A stretch of DNA of 64,000 bases from Chloroflexota bacterium. GTDB taxonomy: Bacteria > Chloroflexota > Limnocylindria > Limnocylindrales > CSP1-4. The notes under the pieces were generated by a model. That model was given only the letters and a program-made list of their open reading frames with translations, was not told where the DNA came from and searched no databases. Every line of letters starts with the position of its first letter. The stretch's first letter is position 1. The position numbers and the translations under genes were made by a program. The stretch spans positions 36,542 through 100,541 of the forward strand of contig PLLE01000043.1 in NCBI GenBank assembly GCA_003141245.1. Direction: 5' to 3'. Shown here piece by piece: positions 28,479-37,343 of the stretch.

Positions 28479-29490
28479 GCCAGATTTCCGGGCCGCCGCC
28501 TCTGCTCGCCTGAACGAGGAGCGAGGCCAGGAGCTCTCACACAATGTCCTCAGCCTCTTGCACGCCGATGAGACGACCGTCATCCGGCCGTCCGCGGTCC
28601 GGAACATCCCCGTCGACCGGGTAGATCCGAACCCAAACCAGCCGCGCCTGGCGATGGACCAAACGAACCTGGACGAGCTCACCTCGTCCGTCAAGCAACA
28701 CGGCGTCCTCCAGCCGATCCTGGTCCGTCCGTTGCCTGCCGGTCGCTACCAGATAGTCGCGGGCGAGCGTCGCTGGCGCGCCGCCACAGCCGCGGGCCTC
28801 AAAGAGATTCCCGCCCTGATCGAGGAGATCGACGACGACACGGCCCTCGAGATCGCAATCATCGAGAACCTCCAGCGCGAGGACCTCTCCCCGATCGACG
28901 AGGCTCAGATCTACGACAAGATGATTCGCCAGCACGGCTACAGCATCCGCAAGCTGGCCCAGAAACTCGGCAAGGACAAGGGCTATCTGGAGAACCGCCT
29001 CCGCCTGGCCGATGCCCCGCCGGAGGTACGCGAGCTGGTGTCTGTGCGCAAAGACACCCTCTCCCACGCCTACGAACTGCTCAAGGTCGCGGACCCTCGG
29101 AAGCGTAAGAAGCTGGCCGACATGGTCGCCCGCGGCGAGCTCTCGTTAGTCAAGCTGCGCGAACAGATTGGCGAGACGCCCCGGGCCAAGCGCGCCGGCA
29201 AGACCGACTCCACCGAGGCCAGCCCCGCGGGCGCCGTCGAGGACACGACCGACGTCGAAGCCAACCGGTTGGGGAGCGGCCCCAAACGTTTGCTCACCGA
29301 CGACTCGCTGATTGACGTCCGGGCTCAGCTCGCCGACGCCATTAGCGAGCTGATCTCCGTCATCCAGTCGGATGTGATGAAGTCGATCGACGACACCGAC
29401 CGCCAGAACCTGGCCAAGTTCCTGATGATCTCCCGCGTCCGGCTCGAGAACGCCACCACGCTCGTCCGGCGTGGCAGCTCCGATCACTGA
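28471..29490 (+). CDS. parB: Chromosome partitioning protein ParB/Spo0J
   Basis: ParB box motifs (LQPILVRP, IVAGERRWRAA, IIENLQREDLSPIDEA) and a C-terminal HTH and dimerisation region. Confidence 0.9.
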   Translation: MARPDFRAAASARLNEERGQELSHNVLSLLHADETTVIRPSAVRNIPVDRVDPNPNQPRLAMDQTNLDELTSSVKQHGVLQPILVRPLPAGRYQIVAGERRWRAATAAGLKEIPALIEEIDDDTALEIAIIENLQREDLSPIDEAQIYDKMIRQHGYSIRKLAQKLGKDKGYLENRLRLADAPPEVRELVSVRKDTLSHAYELLKVADPRKRKKLADMVARGELSLVKLREQIGETPRAKRAGKTDSTEASPAGAVEDTTDVEANRLGSGPKRLLTDDSLIDVRAQLADAISELISVIQSDVMKSIDDTDRQNLAKFLMISRVRLENATTLVRRGSSDH

Positions 29491-29640
29491 CCGGCGGCAC
29501 GGCTCAGGCGTCAGCGTGGCCCTGCTCTGGCACCGCACCCTTCGGGCCCGCCCCTGGGGATCCCCCCGCAGCTCCGCTCCAAGCAGCCACCGTCCGCACC
29601 ACAACACACCGCACCGGACGACTCGACGATCCGCGACGAC

Positions 29641-30363
29641 TCAGCCGGTCACGAGCAGACCGGCCGATCCCAGCGTCGCCAGCCAGCCGGCTCCCATGAC
29701 GACCACGCCGACCGCCTGAACCTCCCAGCCCAGCCGCCGTGCCCGCTCGTTCGGGGAGGCCGCAAGACCCAACCCGAGCCAGCCCAGCACCGCTCCTGCC
29801 AACTCAGCGGCCAGGCTTGCCGGAAGCGGCCCGACGACCACCGATGAGGTCACGACGGCCAGCTGCAAGAGCCCCAGGGTGAAGGCGGATCCGACCAGGG
29901 CGCGACCCCGCCCGAGTGCAGTCGCCACGGAGGCGGCCCCCGCCAGTAGATCTCTTTCGAGATCGGCCAGGGCATTCGCGAGGGCCAGTGTCGTGCCGGC
30001 CACGAATGCCAGGGGCACGATCCCCCAGAAGGCGGGAGACAGCGTGCCGGCGACTCCAAGCCACGCGTACACGGGCAGTAGCCCTACGCCGAGAGCGAAT
30101 GGTACCCAGGAGACGGCGGTCCCCTTGAGACGGAGGTCGTAGATGAGCCCGTCGGCGAGTCCCAACACGCCGACGGCAAACGCCGCTACCCCCACCGAGC
30201 CGGCGGCGCACAACCCCGCGGACGAGGCGACAACCAGGACCGCCACCGCATGGCGCGGATTCACCAGGCCGGCCGGGATTGGCTTGTCGGGACGGCTGAC
30301 TCGATCTCGGGGGGCGTCGGCGAGGTCGTTGGCGGCACCGATGGCGAACTGCAGGCCCAGCAT
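29641..30363 (-). CDS. UbiA-family prenyltransferase. The ATG-initiated ORF is N-terminally short; the in-frame upstream region (to 30576) encodes further UbiA-like sequence but has no ATG/GTG/TTG.
   Basis: NDLADAPRD (first Asp-rich motif) sits at residues 11-19 of the ATG-started ORF. The 71 codons upstream in frame read ...RRSGLARLVGFFRLVHPFPSTLDAVAAATIAL..., which is typical of the start of UbiA helix 1. A TGA lies at 30577-30579. Confidence 0.6.
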   Translation of the reverse strand: MLGLQFAIGAANDLADAPRDRVSRPDKPIPAGLVNPRHAVAVLVVASSAGLCAAGSVGVAAFAVGVLGLADGLIYDLRLKGTAVSWVPFALGVGLLPVYAWLGVAGTLSPAFWGIVPLAFVAGTTLALANALADLERDLLAGAASVATALGRGRALVGSAFTLGLLQLAVVTSSVVVGPLPASLAAELAGAVLGWLGLGLAASPNERARRLGWEVQAVGVVVMGAGWLATLGSAGLLVTG

Positions 30364-30532
30364 CCCAAGCGCGAGCCGGACGGCGACAGAAGTCTCCGCG
30401 CCGGCGATCAGGGCAATCGTTGCCGCCGCGACAGCGTCCAGCGTCGACGGGAAGGGATGGACGAGACGAAAAAAGCCGACAAGGCGAGCGAGACCGCTCC
30501 GCCGCGGCGAGTCGGCCGTGCGAGACGCCGGA

Positions 30533-30898
30533 TCAGACGTAGACGATCTCGTCGAAGTTGGCCACCAGGTACTCGATCAGGCGCGCCCTGGCATCGGGGA
30601 GCGCCGCCCGAAGCCCGCCCACGAGGCTGTGGAGTGAGATCGCCGGGACCATCAGATGGCCCTGGGCGTCGAAGCCGACCGTTTGGGGAGCGCCACCGCC
30701 ACGAGCGAATACCCGGCGCAGTTCCGCCTCGTCGAGGTGAGCGGTCCGCTGCACGTCGGTTAGGACCTTGATCACGCCCCGCCGCATGGCGACATCCCTC
30801 ATCAACTCCTTCGACCAGGAATCGAGCTGTTCGTCGGTCTGTTCGCCGAGTCTCTTGCGGTACTCCGTCGGATTGGCGGCAAGGCTCGTAGCGCCCAC
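30533..30898 (-). CDS. Hypothetical protein (121 aa), co-directional between the PlsC-like and UbiA genes
   Basis: ORF with consistent GC3 bias and no recognisable family motif; its 3' end overlaps the extended UbiA reading frame. Confidence 0.4.
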   Translation of the reverse strand: MGATSLAANPTEYRKRLGEQTDEQLDSWSKELMRDVAMRRGVIKVLTDVQRTAHLDEAELRRVFARGGGAPQTVGFDAQGHLMVPAISLHSLVGGLRAALPDARARLIEYLVANFDEIVYV

Positions 30899-31011
30899 TT
30901 CTCCTCCTTCTACTGTCGGCCGCAGTATCGCAGACTCCGTGCTGGAGCCCCGCGCCTCGGGCTCTGCACGCCGGGGCCGTCGGGACCTCGCCCAGGCGGC
31001 TCGACCGCGGA

Positions 31012-31842
31012 CTACGACGTGGCCCCGGCCGAATCTCCTCGCGGTGGAACCGGTGGTCTTGACCCCTCGGGCCAGTCGTTGAAGAGCTCGGTCAGTCTGC
31101 CGCCGATCCAGCGCGATCGGGGTGGGTCGGGATAGTCATCCACCAACTCGAGGAGGGCGTCTCGGACCCGGGCCGTCAGAACACTGACGGCCTCTGGTGT
31201 CGGTCGATCCCCGCCGATCGGCGATGGCTGGATGGGCGGTCCTACTCTCACACGCACTTGCCTCCTGAAGGCCAGCCAGCTGGTTCCGTTGATGGCCATC
31301 GGAACGATCGGCACGCCCGACCGTAGCGCCATGTAGGCCGGGCCTTCCAGCAGCGGCAGGATCACAGCCTCGCCGGCGTGGATCCTTCCCTCCCCCGCGA
31401 TGGCGATTCGATCGCCGCGGATCAGCAGCTCCTCGACTCGGCGCGTGGCCGCGACAAGCCCGCGCTTGCCGGGCCGGTAGGGCAGAGCCACGCCGCCCCA
31501 ACGCATCAGGCGGTTCCGGACGCCGTGGGTCATGTCCTCCTGTTCGGGCCCGAAGAAGTGAATCCGCGGCCTATCGGGTAATGCAGCGATCACGAAGAAC
31601 GGGTCGACCCAGTTCTGGTGGCTGAAACAGACGATCGCCGGCCCGGAGGGCAGCAGCTCGGCTCCCTCCAGCCTGAATCCTGAATACGCCCTCGTAACGA
31701 CGCCCAGGGCGATCCTGATCAGCCGAAACCGTCGATACGACCTCGCGGGAGCCTGAACCCCGAGTCGATCGGCCCTGGACGCCGAGATCGGGACCGAATC
31801 GCCCCCCTCGGGCATTCGCTCGCCGGACGGCCTTCTGAACAT
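31012..31842 (-). CDS. plsC: 1-acyl-sn-glycerol-3-phosphate acyltransferase (PlsC/LPLAT) family protein; start at MFRRPSG
   Basis: Acyltransferase HX4D motif FSHQNWVDP plus FFGPEQE and PMAINGT blocks. The annotated 377-aa ORF's N-terminus runs through the opposite-strand promoter and is not coding. Confidence 0.7.
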   Translation of the reverse strand: MFRRPSGERMPEGGDSVPISASRADRLGVQAPARSYRRFRLIRIALGVVTRAYSGFRLEGAELLPSGPAIVCFSHQNWVDPFFVIAALPDRPRIHFFGPEQEDMTHGVRNRLMRWGGVALPYRPGKRGLVAATRRVEELLIRGDRIAIAGEGRIHAGEAVILPLLEGPAYMALRSGVPIVPMAINGTSWLAFRRQVRVRVGPPIQPSPIGGDRPTPEAVSVLTARVRDALLELVDDYPDPPRSRWIGGRLTELFNDWPEGSRPPVPPRGDSAGATS

Positions 31843-31947
31843 GGCGCGAGTATGCCAAGCCGGAGGGGCCAGCGCTCTGGAGTGGGACTCGCAGCGACCC
31901 GGCGTGGGCGCCCGGAGTCTCCCCGCCGCGCCCCCTGACTGAGCATC

Positions 31948-31975
31948 TTGACATGTTCTCGAAATTGAGTACGCT
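31948..31975 (+). promoter_or_regulatory. Sigma-70-like promoter (TTGACA-16 nt-TACGCT) placed to give a leaderless transcript for the regulator gene at 31982
   Basis: cTTGACAtgttctcgaaattgagTACGCTtgttccATG: the -10 element ends 6 nt before the ATG and there is no Shine-Dalgarno sequence. The block is locally AT-rich. Confidence 0.5.
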
Positions 31976-31981
31976 TGTTCC

Positions 31982-32413
31982 ATGTTTGAGAGCGATCGTA
32001 CCGTGATTGAGAACATCTCGGGGGTTGACTTGGTGATCGGCAGGTCAACCGTTCGACGCCGAATCCTCGCCCTCCTGATGGCCGGGCCGGAGCGGCGTTT
32101 GCACCTGCGCGAGATCCAGCGTCGTGCCACCACCAGCCCGGGCACCGCCAGCCGAGAACTTGGGCGACTCGTCGCCTCGGGCCTCGTCGAGCGCGAGGCC
32201 GAGGGGCACCAGGTCTACTTCCGCACCATCACCTCGCCCTATGCGACGATGATCCGGACCCTGCTCGGGGTCCCCGCCGCGCCGGCGTCGGCAGCCGAAC
32301 CGATCGCCCCGCCTCCTGCCGAACCCGAGACCGAGGGCGAGGGCGAGTCTCGTCAGTTGATGCTGTTCACCAGCGCGCCGCTACGCGACGATTGCCGCGA
32401 CCGATGGGCCTGA
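31982..32413 (+). CDS. Winged-helix transcriptional regulator (ArsR/MarR-like HTH) with a Pro/Ala-rich C-terminal tail
   Basis: ILALLMAGPERRLHLREIQRRATTSPGTASRELGRLVASGLVERE is an HTH plus wing; the stop overlaps the tag start region. Confidence 0.55.
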   Translation: MFESDRTVIENISGVDLVIGRSTVRRRILALLMAGPERRLHLREIQRRATTSPGTASRELGRLVASGLVEREAEGHQVYFRTITSPYATMIRTLLGVPAAPASAAEPIAPPPAEPETEGEGESRQLMLFTSAPLRDDCRDRWA

Positions 32414-32424
32414 CAAGACAGCCG

Positions 32425-33009
32425 ATGGAGCCAGGCGATCGGCCACGCTGCTGGTGGCCGAATGGGATCGCCGGGGTCGACTCGCTCATGGTCGCCTATC
32501 ACGATGAGGAGTGGGGCGAGCCCGTCTCGGACGACCGCACGCTGTTCGAGCGCCTTGCGCTGGAAGGCTTCCAGGCCGGACTCTCCTGGGCGACGATCCT
32601 GCGCAAGCGCGAGGCCTTCCGCCGAGCCTTCGTCGACTTCGAGCCGAAGGTCGTCGCCGGATTCGGCGATCTCGACCGTGAACGCCTCCTGGCGGACCCC
32701 GGAATCGTCCGCAATCGAGCCAAGATCGACGCCACGATCGGCAACGCCGCGCAGGTCCTGGCCCTCGCTGCCGAATGCGGCTCTTTCGCGGCCTATCTGG
32801 CGGCCAGGCTTCCTCGCCCCACCCCTACGTTGGCACACGGATCGGGCTGGGCGGACGTGCCGGCAACCGCGCCGGAATCCGACGCACTGTCGGCCGACTT
32901 GCGTCGTCTAGGCTTCCGATTCGTCGGCTCGACGATCGTCTACAGCTTCATGCAAAGCGTCGGCCTCGTGGACGACCATCTGCCCGGCTGCTACCGGCAT
33001 CGCGGCTGA
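32425..33009 (+). CDS. tag: DNA-3-methyladenine glycosylase I
   Basis: RCWWPNG...YHDEEWGEPVSDDRTLFERLALEGFQAGLSWATILRKREAFR matches Tag (Zn-binding C..H..H..C region and an HhH). Confidence 0.85.
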   Translation: MEPGDRPRCWWPNGIAGVDSLMVAYHDEEWGEPVSDDRTLFERLALEGFQAGLSWATILRKREAFRRAFVDFEPKVVAGFGDLDRERLLADPGIVRNRAKIDATIGNAAQVLALAAECGSFAAYLAARLPRPTPTLAHGSGWADVPATAPESDALSADLRRLGFRFVGSTIVYSFMQSVGLVDDHLPGCYRHRG

Positions 33010-33759
33010 CCGACGCCCGACCGACGCCCGACCGGCGCGTCGATTCCGTGTATGAGAGAAGTTCCCCAGGGAGGGTCGCTTGTCGCGAAGTGCGCCTAGG
33101 ACCCGCTTAGCAGCGTCTCGATGGACCGGGCGGGCATCCGGGTCCTGCGCGAGACGTAGTTGGCAATTCGGGCCGTGTCACAGCCGCATCTTGCGAGAGC
33201 GCGTCGATCCAGTCGCGGCCAGATGACCATCGCGCGAACGGCAGCGGGACACAGGTCCCGCGCGCGTGTGCTCATCGGGCGTGTCAGGGGCTCGACCGCC
33301 ATCGAGATCGCCATTGATCGCCTTTCCTCGCGGAGCCATGAATGGAGTTCGTCCGGTGCGTCCGCTCACCGGACTTTGGGAACATAATCCTAAGTAGAGC
33401 ACTCCAGTATTTCAATATCCTGAAACCGGCGGAAGGGTTGCGAAAGAAGTCGAACGAACTTCTGCACTGTCCCGTCTGAATGGCCGGCGATACGGCAACG
33501 CCTGGGCCGACAGGATGGCGCCGCTGCTCGATCGGCGGCGGGCAGCGCGAACTTCCGAGGGCCATCCGGGGGAGACGGCGGCGACGCTGCCAGTCAGCCT
33601 GCGCCGCCGCTGGCGGCAGCATTGCACAATTCTGAATCGCGTGCCTGCGGCGCAGGACGGCGCGAGCGGCGTGCCTGTCGGCCAGTTCCTCGAGCCTGCC
33701 GGCCAGCGCTGCTCGAACGTCTCCGGGGCGCTTCTCGGGCGCGGCACCATAATGCAACC

Positions 33760-34599
33760 ATGACTCGAGACCGTCGTGCGACCGAGCCTTCGTCTCGGAT
33801 GACGGACACCGTGCCGCTCTTCGGACTGCGGCGGGTCGAGCAGATCATGGGCACCGCGATCGGGTTCGACGTACGCGACCCCGACATTCCCGGGGAGGCG
33901 CTCGACCGGGCATTCGATTACTTGCGCCAGGTCGACCTGCGCTTCAGCACCTACAAGCCCGAGAGCGAAGTCAGCCGCCTGAGCCGCGGCGAGATTGTCT
34001 CCGAGGACGAATACAGTCCGGAGCTGCGCCAGGTCCTGGAGCTGTGTGAGGAAGTACGTCAGACAAGCGACGGCTACTTCGACATCCGAGCACATCGATC
34101 CGGAGGCGGGCTGGATCCGTCCGGCCTCGTCAAGGGTTGGTCGCTCGAGGGCGCAGGCCGAATCCTCGAGGCCGCGGGAGCCCGCAACTTCTGCATCAAC
34201 GGCGGCGGCGACATCGTCGTGCGCGGCGAGGCCGCGCCGGCCACGCCCTGGCGAATCGGCATCCGACACCCGCTCCAGGCCGACAAGGTGGCCACGGTCG
34301 TGAGCGTCCGCGACGGGGCGATCGCCACGTCGGGCGCGTACGAGCGAGGCGAGCACGTGCGCGACCCCTTCACCGGGAAGGCGCCCGCCGGCGTGCTCAG
34401 CGTCACGATCGTCGGGCCGAGCCTGACCTACGCCGATGCCTACGCCACGGCCGCCTTCGCGATGGGACCGACCGGCCTTGCCTGGGTGGCCCGACTCGCA
34501 GGCTACGCCGGCTGCGCGATCACCGTCGACCCGGACGGTTCGAATGGACGCCTGACGTGGACCCCCGGCTTCGAGCGCTGCTTCGCCGACCACCGCTGA
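33760..34599 (+). CDS. apbE: FAD:protein FMN transferase (ApbE family)
   Basis: IMGTAIGFDV near the N-terminus, and GAIATSGAYERGEH and DAYATAAF motifs of the ApbE flavin transferase family. Confidence 0.8.
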   Translation: MTRDRRATEPSSRMTDTVPLFGLRRVEQIMGTAIGFDVRDPDIPGEALDRAFDYLRQVDLRFSTYKPESEVSRLSRGEIVSEDEYSPELRQVLELCEEVRQTSDGYFDIRAHRSGGGLDPSGLVKGWSLEGAGRILEAAGARNFCINGGGDIVVRGEAAPATPWRIGIRHPLQADKVATVVSVRDGAIATSGAYERGEHVRDPFTGKAPAGVLSVTIVGPSLTYADAYATAAFAMGPTGLAWVARLAGYAGCAITVDPDGSNGRLTWTPGFERCFADHR

Positions 34600-34669
34600 A
34601 CACCGGCGATCGTCGAGCTCAGCGGTAGCAGCCCGGGATCCAGCGGCAGCAGCCCGGGGACGCTCACGC

Positions 34670-36037
34670 CTACCAGAGGAACGGTCGAATGCCCAGCGCC
34701 GACTGGGCGGCGATGGCCGCCAGATAGCCAGCCAGGAGCAAGAGCGCCACGACCATGTGCAGCTGGATGTTGGTCCCCATCGACGCCATGAGGGCGTAGG
34801 GGTTGTCGTAGAAGAGGATCAGACCGCCGTGAACCCGGCGGGCCAGCGGGACCGCCAGCAGCACTATGAGGGTGGGCACCGGCAACAGCCCGACCGCCAC
34901 TCCCCCGCCGACCGCCACGAATGCCGCGGCGGCGGCAACGTCCCAGCCGCGGATCACCGCCGCCTGCGACCAGCGCACCGGCAGCGTTCGCTTGCCCGCC
35001 TTCGCGTCGCCGGTCCGGTCGGGGATCTCATTCACATACAGGATGAGCATCACCAGCAGGGCAACGGGGATCGAGGCGACGAAGGCTTCCCAGGAGAGCG
35101 AGCCACGGGTCTGGACGACGTAGGCGCCGAGAAGCATCACCGGCCCGAACCCGATCGCGGTGGCAATCTCGCCCAGACCGCGATAGACCAGCTTGAACGG
35201 CGGCATGGTGTAGGCCAGGCTGATGAAGAGGCCGACAGCCGAGATGACGACCAGCGCCACGGACCCGCGCATGGCGAAGAGGGCCAGCCCCAACGCCCCG
35301 GCGAGGAGGTAGCAGCCGAGCGCCAGCAGCGACATGCCGCGCATGGAGATGAGCCCGTTCTGGAGGACGCGCGAGCCGCCGCTGAACTTGGTCGGCGTGG
35401 CGTTGGCGTCGTCGGCGCCCTGCATCGTGTCGAAGACGTCGTTGGCGACGTTGAGCCCGAAATGGACGACGCTGGCGGCCACGACGGTGATCAGCGCAGT
35501 CGCCGGGTCGAAGAACCCGGCCCGCGCCGCCACGGCCAGTCCGAGCAACACCGGCGCGAAGGTCGCGCTCAGGAACGGCGCCCGGGTCGCGCGAAAGAGC
35601 AGCCAGCCGGTCGAGAGCCGCGGACGAACCCTCCTACCGCGCTCGGCGGAGAGCGCCTCGAAGTAGCGACGGGCCTTGGGCACGTCGCGTTCGTAGGCGG
35701 CCGGGAGCGGCAGGTCGCGCTCATCCCAGGCCCACGTTCGGGTCACGCGAACGGCCAGGCGGCCGTGGGACTCGGCCGAGGCCGCGCCCCACGCAGTCAC
35801 GTGGCTGCGCTCGTCGAAGCCGCCCTGCAGGCCGGGCCGGATGTGGCTGCCCGTGACCGCGACGCTGGCACCGGTCGGAATCGCGAACCCGGTCGGGGCC
35901 GCGAATCGGACGATCCCCTCCCCCGCCCGGACCTCCGCCGCGACGACGACGTTGACCGGGTATCCGTCCTCTCCGACCCAGGCCAGGACCGCCTGCGGGA
36001 AATCCGCCAGCTTCGCGAGATCGTCGGTCGCGCTCAC
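34670..36037 (-). CDS. Fusion protein: N-terminal PNPOx-like / FDOR-like split beta-barrel domain (~150 aa) fused to a MenA-type (1,4-dihydroxy-2-naphthoate polyprenyltransferase-like) UbiA-family membrane prenyltransferase
   Basis: N-terminal domain AVLAWVGEDGYPVNVVVAAEVRAGEGIVRFAAP... is a PNPOx-like fold. The C-terminal domain has about 8 TM helices, the first Asp-rich motif NDVFDTMQGADD, and the MenA-type second motif YVNEIPDRTGDAKAGKRTLPVRW. The start overlaps (ATGA) the stop of the upstream PNPOx gene. Confidence 0.75.
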   Translation of the reverse strand: MSATDDLAKLADFPQAVLAWVGEDGYPVNVVVAAEVRAGEGIVRFAAPTGFAIPTGASVAVTGSHIRPGLQGGFDERSHVTAWGAASAESHGRLAVRVTRTWAWDERDLPLPAAYERDVPKARRYFEALSAERGRRVRPRLSTGWLLFRATRAPFLSATFAPVLLGLAVAARAGFFDPATALITVVAASVVHFGLNVANDVFDTMQGADDANATPTKFSGGSRVLQNGLISMRGMSLLALGCYLLAGALGLALFAMRGSVALVVISAVGLFISLAYTMPPFKLVYRGLGEIATAIGFGPVMLLGAYVVQTRGSLSWEAFVASIPVALLVMLILYVNEIPDRTGDAKAGKRTLPVRWSQAAVIRGWDVAAAAAFVAVGGGVAVGLLPVPTLIVLLAVPLARRVHGGLILFYDNPYALMASMGTNIQLHMVVALLLLAGYLAAIAAQSALGIRPFLW

Positions 36038-36600
36038 CGGGCCGCCTCTGCCGTGTTCACCGCGGGTGCGCCGTCGGTTCGGCCGTCGGCCCAGTAGAGC
36101 GTCCGCTTGGGAGTGAGTTCGATCAGCGCCCGTTCAAAGATCAGCGGGAACCCCACGCGCGCCTTCAGCAGCGCCGGGATCGAGGGATCCTTGCGTCCGA
36201 TCTCGGGCAGCAGGCGCTCCCACCCGGAGTGAAGATCGTCCTCGATCACGCGCGCGTCGCCCTGGATCGTGGCTCGCTCGGTCCTGCCGGCCGACGTGGC
36301 CGGGTCGGTCACGGAGAGGCAGACCCTGGGGTTCGACTTGATGTGGCCGAGCTTTCGGCTGTCGAGCGCGCTCGAGGTCATGACAATGCGGTCGTCATCG
36401 AGGACCGGCACGAGCGGATAGGTCATCGGACGGCCGTCTTCCGCGACGACCGTCAACTCGCCGACGAGGGCAGCGTCCACCAGGCGCGCAACCGGATCAG
36501 GCAGCAAGGGCACGTTGATCTCCGAGACGGGACGACAATGGGAAGGTGGCCGCGCAGATTGTACGTGCCTAGCGGGCCCGGTCACGGTCCGGGGAGCCAC
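36034..36600 (-). CDS. Pyridoxamine 5'-phosphate oxidase-family (PPOX-class, possibly F420/FMN-dependent) split-barrel protein; the start may be internal (GTG at 36513)
   Basis: LVGELTVVAEDGRPMTYPLVPVLDDDRIVMTSSALDSRKLGHIKSNPRVCLSV is the typical PNPOx-like signature. Confidence 0.65.
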   Translation of the reverse strand: MAPRTVTGPARHVQSARPPSHCRPVSEINVPLLPDPVARLVDAALVGELTVVAEDGRPMTYPLVPVLDDDRIVMTSSALDSRKLGHIKSNPRVCLSVTDPATSAGRTERATIQGDARVIEDDLHSGWERLLPEIGRKDPSIPALLKARVGFPLIFERALIELTPKRTLYWADGRTDGAPAVNTAEAAR

Positions 36601-37330
36601 CGAAGAGGCGGACCGAAGCGGCGCTGGCCTCGTGCTGCTCCGTGGTGATCAACTGGCGGCGATCCGACGTGCTGTTGTGGGCGTACTCGGCGAGGGCCTT
36701 CTGCAGCGTCTCCAATCGGGCGAGCTGGACGGCCAGGACCCCGCTCCAACGGCTCTGCACTTCCTTCGGGCCGGCGGCCGCGGCAGTCCACAGCGCGCAC
36801 ATGTCGTCCAGGCAGATCTCGCCGCCGCCCAGCGCCGCGGACCACGCCGCATCCGCCGAGAGCTCCAGAAGCCGGCTCACCGCCGTCCGCGAGGCCTCCT
36901 CGGCCCGGGCGCATACGGGGCACCGGGGCGCGGCCAGTTCCGCCAGCCGACGCCCCTGCGCGGCGGCGTTCGCGCCTGAGAGCTTCTCCAGGGCCGCCAG
37001 GCGCCGCCGCAGGATGGCGTCCAGCAGAACCGCCGTAGCGAGCTGGCTGCTCGTCTGCAGCAGCTCCATCTTCGAGAGGCCGACGCTGTGCGGCTGGCAG
37101 AAGCCCACGCCCTTGTCCAGCTCTGCCCGGAAGCCCCTGTCCGTAGCCCCCTCGCGCGCCAGACCGCGCAGGGCCGCGTGGGAGGCCTCCTGGCGGGCAT
37201 CGCAGATCGGGCAGCGACCGCCCTCGAGGGCCTCGGCCAGGCGGATCTCCTCGAAATCGCGAGCGGGCAGCTTGCCCGGCTGCCCGCTCATCGGTCGAGT
37301 GTCGTTACGATCGGCCACGTCATCGGCCAA
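36569..37330 (-). CDS. Hypothetical protein with two tandem zinc-ribbon-like modules (CPxC...C..H and CPxC...C..C)
   Basis: Internal duplication: RCPICDARQEASHAALRGLA...FCQPH and RCPVCARAEEASRTAVSRLL...ICLDDMCALW; I recognise no family. Confidence 0.45.
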   Translation of the reverse strand: MADDVADRNDTRPMSGQPGKLPARDFEEIRLAEALEGGRCPICDARQEASHAALRGLAREGATDRGFRAELDKGVGFCQPHSVGLSKMELLQTSSQLATAVLLDAILRRRLAALEKLSGANAAAQGRRLAELAAPRCPVCARAEEASRTAVSRLLELSADAAWSAALGGGEICLDDMCALWTAAAAGPKEVQSRWSGVLAVQLARLETLQKALAEYAHNSTSDRRQLITTEQHEASAASVRLFGGSPDRDRAR

Positions 37331-37343
37331 GCCTAGCTCCCCA

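Noticed and set aside
30533-30580. Treating the UbiA upstream in-frame extension as definitely translated.
   Set aside because: There is no ATG, GTG or TTG in frame between the TGA at 30577 and the ATG at 30363. The extension is only noted as a possibility.
33284-33757. 157-aa minus-strand ORF and the 72-75-aa ORFs at 33096..33387 as genes.
   Set aside because: Their translations are Arg-rich and low-complexity with no recognisable domains. The region is treated as non-coding (see the finding on the 750-bp gap).
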